Shown: positions 1 to 11,600 of the stretch, in pieces
Numbering within the stretch: the stretch's first letter is position 1
How the letters are laid out: each line of letters opens with the position of its first letter
NCBI RefSeq assembly: GCF_964355755.1
Contig: NC_092677.1
Span: forward strand, 26,027,175 to 26,091,174
DNA length: 64,000 nucleotides
Reading direction: 5' to 3'
DNA from: Antedon mediterranea
Lineage: Eukaryota > Animalia > Echinodermata
Program-made: the position numbers and the translations under genes
Notes under the pieces: generated by a model
Seen by the model: the letters and a program-made list of their open reading frames with translations, nothing else
Database searches by the model: none
What the model was told of the DNA's origin: nothing

Positions 1-1025
1 AATCGGGTAAAGGTACCTGCCGCAATGGACTTTGTAGTAAGTTTGCATTTCAAGAAAATCACATACACAAAATACGCAATACTCAAATTTCGTTCACCTC
101 ACGTATTATGTTGATCTCGTGCCGCATCGAGTAGAAAAATAAAAACAGTACCTATAGTCGATGTATTTCGAACATGTCTGCTTCTGTCAACGTGGAAATC
201 TAACCTTGGTTCTTTTTACAAATTTGTATTTCCCTGATTCGTTCGTTCATTCATTCGATTTTAAATGTTTTAAATCAATATTTTTAAATCCTTGTGTCGA
301 CCAGACGCCCCTCTGGGGGAACGTGACCCTTGACTATGATTTATCCTTCACTGGAAGCCTACACTTTCCGCTAAAACATTGACAAAAACATGTTGAAGTC
401 GGGAAATTTCTACGAAATTCTATTTCTGGAACGTCTGTGACGTGTACGTGACGTAGATAAAAAAGTTATTTGTGGTTGTTTACTTGGTGATAATTACACT
501 TTTAATTGGTCCTAATAAGACCTGCAGGCTATAATCAAATGTAATACTTAAGTGCAATATTAAGTGCCAGAACCATCGACTTAAAGGGTCACTCCGGGTT
601 TTACATTTATATTGTTCTATAGCAACAATATTGATATAAACCCACTTATTTTCCGACAGCAAAATGAACGTCGTAAATTAAGTCCCTTTCTTTAAAATGG
701 CGCTACGGAATTTTTCTGGTGTCAAAAGATAGGAAATTCAATCATTCATCAAAATTGAGGCATTCTAAGGTTATTTAAAATGTTGTTGTGGAAAAAGTTG
801 ATATGATAAACAAAAAGACATTTGAAATCAGGAGCTTACTTTTATAAGTGAAGTGTACAAAATTATCTGGACTCACTTTAATATGAACCATGAATTAATT
901 ATAAAGAAGTTTATTTTAGATGTTCAGTTCAGTTTATAAGAAATGCCAAATGTGTAACGAAATGATTTATGAATGTAAGTGTTAAACGGCCACCACTTAA
1001 CTATGCTACTTTGAATTCTTTTTAG

Positions 1026-1055
1026 GTGACTGTAAAATGAAGGAAAAGGATTGCG
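1026..1055 (+). CDS. EGF/ShK gene micro-exon (DCKMKEKDC)
   Basis: tttag acceptor, gtaag donor, 30 nt, phase 1-1. Confidence 0.6.
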
Positions 1056-4000
1056 GTAAGTGGAAAAGTGCATTGCATCACTGCGCATGCGTCTTTAGAT
1101 TAATTAAATGAACTTGTTACGTTACCATGTTGATGAACGTAGGCCAAATAAGCTTATTAATTAATAGTGAGTTTTGCATTCAAAGCTAGTGTTTTTATTA
1201 CATAAACATCCGATTCGAGAGTAGGCCTACGCAGTAGTTACTAGTAGTATAACAGAAATAAACCAGTACACTGACTTGTAATAAACTTTAGCCAATAATA
1301 TAACAAGGCAATTCATCTTGCAACCTTTTAGAAAGTTGATGAAGTCATCAATCATAGTTAGGTGCGGTTTTAATCTGTGACATATTGATACAATACCATT
1401 ATAATAAACACTATATCTTATTGAATTACCTCTACGTATAATGTCCGGTTTCTCAAGAGAGATTCTTAATTGATACTTTATCTTTACGACGCGTGGTCAA
1501 AATGGCAACAAAAATTACAATGAAATGTGCACAAAAGTATTGTGCCTCCTTGCACAGTGCCTACACTGTTGCACCTTGTCCATTTTGCTTATGTTTTACG
1601 AAAAGGCCCCCTTTTATACGAACCGTCACAAATACGCATGTTGGTAATTGAACTGTACATCCGGGGCCTTTGGCAATATTTCTGGGCAGAGAACCGCAAG
1701 GTTCGTTAATTAGATGACTATTGATAGATTTTACTTATTTTATCTAATGAAAACATGAGCTATTGAAAAGTGCAAAGTCTTGACCGCCCTGAAGCCTTAC
1801 AAACCAACCGGCATGGAAATATCTTTCGACAAAAAGTTAACTGAAACACAATTTTAAACGCTTAACGTCATGTTGAATTATTTTTAGCCCAATTTTGTGG
1901 AATCTTTCACACATTTTTACTGCAAATCATGGCTACTAATTGGAATTAATAATAACACCATCGTAGAGGAATTAATTCATCTGTGGGACTAAATATAATC
2001 CAATTACTCAATTTAAAATTAGTAAAATCTGTAGTTCCAATGTCATTCGAATTATTGGCTGAAAGTAGGCCTACTATAGGCCTAATACGGAGAAGTTCCA
2101 TTATGGTTGTTACTTATAGGAGTTATCAAATGCAACAAAACATTAGATTTATTATATTTTTTTTGTCTTTTTATAGTCTGTGCTCTTACTTGTGAAAATG
2201 GCGGAGTTCTCAATAAAGATTGTACTTGCGACTGCGCACCTGGATTTACGGGCTCGTCTTGTCAAAGTAAGTAACCATGGTGATATTTCTCAGTAGTATA
2301 ATTAGTAAAATTCATTTTCAAGATTCTGAAATTAATAGCAAATTGTTGGTTAATGTGTCCTTCTGAATTGGCCAATGTCAGTAGCAATTATACTTAGAAA
2401 GACAGAAAACCAATTAAACATTGTCACTGGGCAGTAATGAAGAAACTCATCTGAAGATTAGAAAGTATAACTCCTGGTAGAATGTCGGAATTAAAACTAA
2501 AGCTCTGTCTACACGATCAAACTAGTTTGACAAAAAGTGTGCCCAAATATGGTGGTGATGTGCCCAAATATGGTGGTGATGTGCCCAAATAAGGTGGTGA
2601 TGTGCCCAAATATGGTGGTGATGTGCCCAAATATGATAGTGATATGACATCATCCATATATGGGCACATCACATTTTGTTTGTCACATAAAGTTTGATAG
2701 TGTATACAGAGCTTAAGAAACGTCGATGAAGATTAGAGAAAGATCAATGATATGTATGGTAGAATTGAAAGTAAAACACTTAAATATAAGTTGTATACTA
2801 AATGTATTATGGTTGTTTTATTTCAGATGCATGTAACAATACTCATCCATGGTGCGGCAATGGCTGGCCTAAGGAATGGTGCTTCAAATACGATGATGCA
2901 AACCCCGTAGAAACGCTTTGTCCCGCACTCTGTGGATTATGTGGTAGGCCTAAATTAATAGAATTAGGCCTAAAGACAATTTACACAGACGACGAGCGGT
3001 AAACGGTAATAACAATAGAGAATCTATGTTATTCCTTTATGACCATTGCGGAGCGGACGGGCTGTTTCCGCTCTGGACCGGACAGATACAGATTTGGACA
3101 AGCTACGCGGTTTTCCGCTTACCGTTACCGCTCTTCTGTGTATATTGACCTTTAGGTGTTTTGATAAAATAGTATAGTACACAATTGCACTTATATAATC
3201 ATTTATTACTGCTACCGTCTGTTCATTAGTTATCTTGATCACGTGCTCGGTTTCCATATAAGGAATGAATTTGATCATCTGAATGTTCTGTCTGGGGAGG
3301 AAATTCGATTTCCTTAGGGTGGCAATTTACTATGATTAGCAGTAGGTATGGATGGCATAGATACTCGATTAGTCACCCAAATCTGACAAACTTCATCACA
3401 AGTTTGGCCTACAGAGATATCAAAACAGAGAAGACTTAGTTAGTGAACATAATTAGTCTTGTGACCCCAATGTTTCTAGCCACCTTGCTTTATAAAGTGG
3501 ATGTACTTATCGGGTAATGACTGCTGCACACGTTTTAAATACTTTAAGTTACTACCTTTTATAATGTTTTTGAATCCCATGTTTTGGAAGAAGTTGGGTC
3601 ACATAAAGGTGAACGTTTCACAGAAATTTCATCTTTTATTTATCAAATCCAAACTGCAATACCGAAAACATAATCTAGGTCTTATAATAACATTGTCTTA
3701 GTGAATTCATCAAAACGGTATTACTTAATTGTATTTCACCTATTTAATAACTTTTTAAGAAATTCGTAGAAGAAGGTTTCACTCTCTCGATTTAATTCCT
3801 TTAAATTAAAACACCAGTACTGACCTGAATTTGGGAAACTGCTAAATATTCCCGAGCGGGGGTCATGATAAGGTCCCGTGTGGGGGCCATACTGAGGTCC
3901 CGGGCGTGGGTTATGCTGAGATCCCGGGCGGGGGTCATGTTGAGGTCCCGAGTGGGGATCATGCTGAGGTCACATGCTCTTGTCACTTGCAAACATACCT

Positions 4001-6715
4001 ATATCAATAAAGAATTCGCATCCTCATTGAGTTTTACCTATGTTTTTTTTTGCAGAATGCGGAGGACCGCCTTGTGAAAATGGAGGCTTTAAGAACCCAG
4101 ACACGTGCAAATGTGAATGCGAAGATTCCTGGTCTGGTCCAACCTGTTCAGGTGTGTAGGCCAGTTTATTATATCATAATAAGAGTAGGCCTAGTAATCA
4201 GAAAATATACGGTATATTGTATATGAATTTATAGAGGTAAACTTGTGCGGCCAGAATCGATCCATCAGAAAGGAGACGCTCGATCTTGCACATATACGCT
4301 GTACCCTAAATTCACCTCAACCCTTATCATTATATTTACATTTAAAACTATATTGAACAAATCTGTAAAGCATTTTGATGACAGTGCAATAGGCCTGTTA
4401 TAAACAATAAATAATAACCCTAGTTAGAGAGTGAAAGTTTTAGTCAAAGGAAAAGTAGGGCATACCTGTTATCCCGAAACAAAATAATATAATAATGGAT
4501 TTGCGACACAAAGATAAAGACTCGAAATCAGGACTTTCTTTTGTACACTTTCCCCTGCTTATCGTCAGATAAGGACAAGGAGCACTTGTTGCAATGGATA
4601 GCAAAACACTGTTTAAGCGCCATTTAACACGTACGCCACAATAAAGAATCAAACAAATTTAGATGATATAAATTGCGAATAACTAGCTTGAAACCTATGA
4701 CAGTTCTAGTTCTGTCAACAAATGTATAACTTGTTGACAGAACGATTAAGCAAACATTTATACCATAAAGGCCCCCATCGTTGATGATTGCTGAACGAGG
4801 TCCTAGATTACGAATATAACTTGAAACCTATGACAGTTCTAGTTCTGTCAACAAATGTATAACTTGTTGACAGAATGATTAAGCAAACATTTATACCATA
4901 AAGGCCCCCATCGTTGATGATTGCTAAACGAGGTCCTAGATTACGAATATAACTTTAAACCTATGACAGTTTTTTTAAATTCTAAGATCTGTCAACGAAT
5001 GTATATCTTTTTGACAGAATGATTCACCATGGCATATATTTATAATTTTAAACATTTTGACAGAATGATTCAGCAAACATTTATAACTTTTAACTATCTT
5101 GACAGAATGATTCAGCAAACATTTATATTTTTTTCTTTGACAGAATGCAATGTGAAATGTGAACACGGTCAATTGAACACAGATCAATGCATGTGTGAAT
5201 GTGACGACGCCTGGACGGGAGAAACCTGCTCGAGTAAGTCGTACCTAATTTACGTATGGATAAATGAACAAAGGACCATGTCAAATGTGTTCTACCGCGC
5301 ATGTTACTTCAGTAACTACTGCATTAATGTATGGTAAAGAGTATAATTATTTTGTTGACTTGGTCCCTAAACTTACAATTGCTTCCTTATCGAGTATTTA
5401 TTCAGTGAAATCAGGAAAGAGTATTTCTTCCCTGGTAAAACAGTCTTCAAACTTTGCTATTTTGATATTTTCAATAATGAGTTAATTAATTTCTAGATAT
5501 ATGTGAAAATACACATGAATGGTGTTGGAATGGTTGGTATCCAAACTGGTGCGATGAGGACCATCCGTACGTACCAGAAAAGTGTCCGGCCATGTGTGGT
5601 CTATGCAGTAAGTTTTAACTTTTATAATAATTGCATTTTTGTACAGTATCTTACACGTCAATTCTTCTTCTTCTCTTCTGTTTTTACGCAAGTAACGTTT
5701 CTGCAAATAAAGTTATTATTTGTTTTTGTTTTGTTCAGGTGTACCAGACAAGACATATGACACTCCAGGTAAGCATCTAAATCGAGTGTAATTTACAATT
5801 TTTGGACTATTATGTCAATAAAACTGTTAACACCTTTAGATCGGTGGCATAATTATAGCACAAAAGTACGTCCTTCACAATAACAATATAAAATATAACA
5901 TGATATAAAATCCACACAAAAAAACCCAATTAGGCCTACATACAAAGTATAATGGCAAAGAAAAGAAATATATACTGTATAAAGCAGAGGGACACGTTTT
6001 TTAAAACAATGATGATGAAGCAATGTCTGTTTTGTTACCATATTTGTTTCAACTAAAATTGCCTTTTCATCTATTTCTCCCTGAAATATGCATTATAACA
6101 AATTTGATATGCCTACGAAACCATTGCTTACAGTATACACAATCACGATTCATTCTAAATTGAAAGTAAACGTTTTAAGTATATAGTAAATTGCATTTTG
6201 CTAATTCATTACATTCATTAATTGATATCTCACGTAAAATATTGATTAGCATTGTGAGAGACTTCAATATGCATACTGAGCACTTATGCGAATTTCCATT
6301 TTGGTACCCTACTCATAATACTATTTGTTTAATCTCTTCAAGAAAAACAACGTTTATTTAAACATCATGATTTTTAACCGAAATAATTTGTCCTCATTTA
6401 CTTGTTTTGAAGAAGAGAAATCGTCTCAACTTGAATATCTTGATGCACCATGTCTCCAACCAAATACTAAAAAAAAAATGTTGTCTATAATGTCGGCTTC
6501 TCCAATTGCATTGCTACTTTTAAGTTGTGTATTATTATTTTCATTTTTATCTTCATCCGATTCTTGATAAAATAATCATTAAATTTCTTTTCTTTTCAGA
6601 ATCACCCTGTGAAGATCAATTCTATCATTGTAAATGGTCCAAATCCACCTGTGATACCAACAGAGATTTTGCCGTCAACTACTGTCCAATATCGTGTGGT
6701 TTCTGCTCTCCATAG
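1026..6715 (+). CDS. 3' portion of a multi-exon gene for a cysteine-rich EGF-like + ShK(ShKT)-domain protein, probably secreted; 5' part lies upstream of the window
   Basis: GT-AG exons 1026-1055, 2177-2266, 2827-2943, 4056-4151, 5144-5233, 5497-5607, 5739-5768, 6600-6715(TAG) splice in frame (all phase 1). Order: linker-EGF-ShK-EGF-EGF-ShK-linker-ShK. Confidence 0.85.
2177..2266 (+). CDS. EGF-like exon (CALTCENGGVLNKDCTCDCAPGFTGSSCQ)
   Basis: tatag acceptor, gtaag donor; 6-Cys CxNGG..CxC..GFTG..C pattern. Confidence 0.9.
2500..2714. mobile_element. MITE family A (TIR aagctctgtctacactatcaaact, internal 21-bp repeats); about 18 copies in window
   Basis: Approximate copies: 2500-2714, 9810-9953, 14860-14997, 15809-15979, 19897-19953, 21954-22310, 22580-22730, 23701-23841, 25206-25462, 30834-30964, 31711-31876, 33176-33323, 35847-36007, 43320-43438, 46837-46994, 49529-49686, 54937-55060, 59987-60161; mostly TA-flanked. 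Confidence 0.9.
2827..2943 (+). CDS. ShK-like exon (CNNTHPWCGNGWPKEWC...LCPALCGLC)
   Basis: ttcag acceptor, gtagg donor; C-terminal CPxxCGxC ShK signature. Confidence 0.9.
2971..3154. mobile_element. Small fold-back MITE
   Basis: taaagacaatttacacaga..gagcggtaaacggtaa versus ttaccgttaccgctc..tctgtgtatattgaccttta. Confidence 0.6.
3851..3971. repeat. 24-bp GC-rich minisatellite, about 5 copies
   Basis: unit similar to cccgggcgggggtcatgctgaggt. Confidence 0.85.
4056..4151 (+). CDS. EGF-like exon (CGGPPCENGGFKNPDTCKCECEDSWSGPTCS)
   Basis: tgcag acceptor, gtgtg donor; EGF Cys spacing. Confidence 0.9.
4687..5143. repeat. 133-bp tandem duplication with degenerate shorter copies
   Basis: cttgaaacctatgacag at 4687, 4820 and about 4953; internal hairpin tctgtcaacaa/ttgttgacaga. 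Confidence 0.85.
5144..5233 (+). CDS. EGF-like exon (CNVKCEHGQLNTDQCMCECDDAWTGETCS)
   Basis: gacag acceptor, gtaag donor; EGF Cys spacing. Confidence 0.9.
5497..5607 (+). CDS. ShK-like exon (CENTHEWCWNGWYPNWC...KCPAMCGLC)
   Basis: tctag acceptor, gtaag donor; paralogous to exon 2827-2943. Confidence 0.9.
5739..5768 (+). CDS. linker micro-exon (VPDKTYDTP)
   Basis: ttcag acceptor, gtaag donor, 30 nt, phase 1-1. Confidence 0.75.
6600..6715 (+). CDS. terminal ShK exon (CEDQFYHCKWSKSTC...YCPISCGFCSP*)
   Basis: ttcag acceptor, CxD...CPxSCGxC ShK signature, TAG stop. Confidence 0.9.
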
Positions 6716-8548
6716 GCGGCCTAGAAGTTGATGACGATCGCCGTTGAACAATTCCGTAATCACAACTCGTCGCCGAGCACCAAAGCCGTCGTCGTCGAGC
6801 ACCAAAGCCGTCGTCGTCGTATCGATTCCTTCTGTTGTTCGATATACGAAGCTTATTTATATGTGTGTGTGTTAAATGTGAATTTTGTAATAGATTGTAG
6901 CCATCAAACATTAATATTTAAACAGTTTTAGTTTTAAAATAAGCAAAAATCGCTAAATATTACCATAACCTTGATATTTTACTGTGTATTGTAATTTCTT
7001 CTTGTAAGAGAAAGTGTAACACTTAGTGTTCTAGACATCGTCAGACGTGACACAACGATTTTGTTAACGTGCGTTCATATCTTGAAATAAATAGTACGAC
7101 TTTTGTGTTCGCTCGTGTTTCATCAAATTTGCGTCAATGGCGAAAAGTAAACGCAATCAGTAACATTAGTTTAAACAGCAAAATATTTGATTCACCACCC
7201 CTCCTGGATTTAAAGTCCGGGTCCTGTCTCCTCTTAACTGCCGGGCTACAAGAACAACTTTAGCGCTGAGTTTATGTGCGTTCTTGTATTGCGTTTCTTT
7301 AACATTTCATTGGTCAGTATTCAACTAACCAGTATGTAAATTATTCGGTGGAGCCGAAGGTGTATATAATTATTTAATTAAATTGTGCAGGTTGTAGAGC
7401 CACTCCTATATCAAATTCAAACATATACCTCAATTATACAGCATAAAATTAAATACGACAAATGTTATTGTTATTGCAGTAAATAGGCCTATATGCATTT
7501 TCTCCTTGATAAGTGATGCCAAAAGATAGACTACGCGAATGGTGGTATACTGATGATAACTATAAATGGTGTTTAATTATTAATTGTGCACTTTTGCGCG
7601 CGTTTCTAGGATGTGGTTATACAATTAAATGCGCATTATACTATAGATAAAAAGTTTGAAAAAAATAGTGATGTAAGTTTGTATATAATAGATATGGTTA
7701 AATATTAAATACATATTATCTATTTATTTTTATGATTTTAAGTAATGTTTTCAAAATTAACATCGTCAATAAACATTGGAAATTGAAAATAATGTTGTTG
7801 CATAGTTTGTTTAAATAGAAAATATTGTGTAAATATTGTGTAGTTTTGACAAGCTTTTATTATGAATGAATGATGATTTAATCAGGGAGTTGTACAATAA
7901 AATTTTTAAATAAGTTTATAACTTCCTGATTTGGACCAATTCAACACTTTTGGACGGCGATGTGAGTTTTTGAACGGTTTGGAAATTTCACGTCAATTAC
8001 AAACGCCTTTTATGGACGATAAACGATGTGTTACTTTTAAGCGCAAAACTTTGACTGACGTCGATTCAATTTTAGGCAGACTGCAGAAGAAGCACACACA
8101 CGGTGTTTACTAGGCCTAGCCTAGGCCTAAATTAACTTATGCGGGATAAGGTTAGCGTTAAATTGTTTACTACCACGAATGGAAATACTGATTGTGCTTC
8201 ATCTTACCTCTCTATATATTTAATTCTTGGGCTAGGTAGCTTAGCTAGGCCTAGTTTGTTAGAGACCCTGTGTTAGGCTAGCTGTGTGTTGAAAAAATAT
8301 GAGGCTCTTTATTTACTTATTAGAGCCCTCTCTAGCCTATTGTGGCCAGGCCTGAGTCTAGTAGGTATGTGCTCTTTCTAGGCCTGACCTAGCCTAGATT
8401 TTTCGAAGGCTAGTAGGCTTGCTAGTAGAATAAATAGTAATCTAGGCTTTATATGATAATGTTGATGACTAAATAAATGTGGAATAAATGAAATAAATAT
8501 AACATTTTTAATGTTTGTTTCACACAGAATGATTATACAAACAACAAG

Positions 8549-8650
8549 ATGGATGCATATGATGAAGATATATCCGAAAATAAATTTTATCGAACCCTGC
8601 TAAATAAGCACAAGCATTTGTACGACAGAGCAGCAGAAACGAGATGGATG
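8549..8650 (+). CDS. ANKRD27: ANKRD27 coding exon 1
   Basis: aagATGG Kozak context; [34 protein letters not shown]; gt donor at 8651; acceptor at 8526-8527 implies an upstream 5'UTR exon. Confidence 0.9.
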
Positions 8651-11600
8651 GTTTGTAGAACAGTTACCACTATTAATTAGACTAATCTATCTAATAATAT
8701 TTATATGTCCATGGCCCAAACTACACACTAAACAATGTTAAAGTCAATTTACAGAGAATGTCTGATCAAGATAATCTAACAACACGATGCTGTGAGGTCT
8801 GGAGATCAAAGAGTTTATCTGTGGCTGCGACACGATCAGTTGTACACTCCTTAACTTTCGCTGCGCACCGCAGAGAATATTTACACAGGGGCCGTTTACA
8901 CAGGAGTACTGTGTTAGTATTCGTCGCAACCAGACATAAGATCTGGTGGGACGATTCGGCCCACCTTTTGGGCCGAAACATCCCACTTTGTGGGCCGAAA
9001 CGTCTCACTTTAGACCAAATTCATATTCATTTTTTTTGGTATTTATCAAGTTTTTAAAGGTGTTTAACAATCCGTATTGTATTGATATTGACAATGTTGA
9101 TATAATATATATAATAATTAACTAAAAAAATGTAATTTTATATTCAATTTATTACTTCGAAAACCATGTTTATCTCGTGCATTCGCCAAGCGGCCAACAG
9201 AGGGCGTAACTTGTTTACATTTCTCGCGTGACAGACTAAAAATGATCATTTTCGACAATGTTTTCAAAATGTTTGCTTTATTGGATCTTTATCCCTAGTA
9301 GTACTACCCCATAGTCTCTCTGAAAATAAAGTTTGGGGAAAAAACTTATTTTATGCTTATAAAATGCATATCAAAGCCGATAAATTTAAGTGTGCCGAAT
9401 CGTCTCAGAGCCGAATAGTCCCAGGCCGAATCGTCCCAGGGCCGAATCGTCCCAGGGCCGAATCGTCCCAGGGCCGAATCGTCCCAGGGCCGAATCGTCT
9501 CGCTACCAGATCAAAGGACTGTTACAAGTTCCTATCTTGGCAAGGCAGGGACAGCGTCCTGTTGTCAGATTGCCTTAGTCTCATTTACCTTCCACTACAC
9601 CACAAAATTCCTGTTGGGATTGGCCATTCATTTTATATATGAAATAAATTACTTAGTGTGGGCTTACCCAGGGAGTGACTGGGCTTATATCGGGGGTGAG
9701 TGGGCTTATTTTTGGACAGTATGTATATAATCACTTTGTTGAAGATGTTCCAAACTATTTAAAAAATATTGTTATACCTGTGTAGTTAACAACAAACAAA
9801 CAAAATCTTAAACTCTGTCCACACTATCAAACTTTATGTCAAAAAAAAGAAGTGATGTGCCCATATATGGACATGATGATGTCATACCACTACCATATTT
9901 AGGCACATCACATATTTTTTTGTCAAACAAGTTTGATGGTGTAGACAGAGCTTAATAATAATAATATTTATTCGGCAAAAGTTCATAAAAGTACATTTCA
10001 CAATTCATCTTGCCAGGAGCAAGTAATAGGCATGAGCCCAAACAGAAAACTGCTCTTACTCCATCAATTTATCATTATTCTAAGGCTTATGCATGCTCAT
10101 GGAGGAACTCCCTTGAAATATGTGAAACCATTTGACCTTTGTCTGTTTTAAAATGATTTCCACACAGGAATAGTTTTATTTTAACTGCCTAAGTTAAAGA
10201 TACTGTACACCGACTGAGTAAAGTGTTAGTAGGGAAAACCAGGGTGAAAGTAAAGAGTGAAATTACTTCCTAGGGAAAACAAAAGCAAACTTTGTTCACC
10301 ACTTATACACAATTGCATTAAGTTGTCTTATTTTTCATTTTTTTTATCTTATCTTTTATAACAATGTAAATTTGCATATGTATATGCCTGTCCCGCAAAC
10401 TCATGTGTGTACACATTTATCGAGAGTAAAAATATTGAGAATATATTTTCTTTGAAACATTTTCTTAGATCTGCATTCCAAGGTCTGGTGTATTTTCAAG
10501 GCTCTCCTTAACAATCACTGATTACGAAAACCACATTCTAAGGCCATCAACGCTTGGAAAGGAAACCCTTTATCTCACAGCGAGTGGAAAAGTAAGTACA
10601 TACATACTCATACTCATACTCAAACGTTTGGAAGCAGATATAGGAGTTTTCCAACTCTTGTCATTACAGTAATTATTATTATTTAAAGATATATTGTCCC
10701 TCTAAAAAAATATTATTTTTTCAAATTTGTTGAATATGCCATTTTAATGTCATGTAATATTTATTCACTTCGACCAAAAACTGGATAAACAAAAAATAAT
10801 TTAGCTGAAAAAAAATGTAATTTAAAGCAAAAAATACTTAAATTGTCTGTCAGACAATGGTTTTTGGTTAAAATTTACCGCATTGTTTGTCATTCTATAA
10901 GTGTAATTTTATTTTTTACAGAACATGAATAACTTAATTTTTTATAATATTTATAAAACTGCAAAATGGCCTATGTAAAGTCTGATTTCATCAATCTTCA
11001 TTTTTCATGTTTTTGAGGACAATACATCTTTAACAAATTATATAAAAGAAGATTTAAGCAAAAAAAATGTATTATTATTATTATTATCTTTTAATTATCA
11101 GCGGTACCAGTGTTTTTCCGGTAGTTTTTCATGCCTTCTGCTGGATTATTTATCTTTGACTAGACACACATCCGTACTTTGAATGTTGCTGGTACTGTAT
11201 GGTTTCCAAACAAATTTACAAAACATTGTTGATATTTGTAATTATTTCAAAACAACTAACAGTAACAGAGACATTAGGAAGGTTTCGCAACCATACGATA
11301 ACGAAAACGGATACGTCATACATTTGTGAAACTTTTAAGCTGATCCCCATTTCACCAGTCATATTCATAACTACAAAACGAGTATAGTTTTTGATCTATT
11401 TTGCAGATTTTGCATTTGAATTAGGAATGATTCATGATTATAATATAATTATAGATTTATTGAAAGTAATTTACTAAAGTAATTTACTAAAATGCCAGGT
11501 CAATTTAAATAAATAGCAGTTTTTAAAGTCCTCACTCGCTTTGATGTTACGCTAGACCTAGGCAGCCAAGCAACACGTACTTCACTCAAATTTACCGCAG

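Noticed and set aside
2445-2480. CTGAAGA...GAAA hammerhead-like core
   Set aside because: No stem II and no stem I complementarity.
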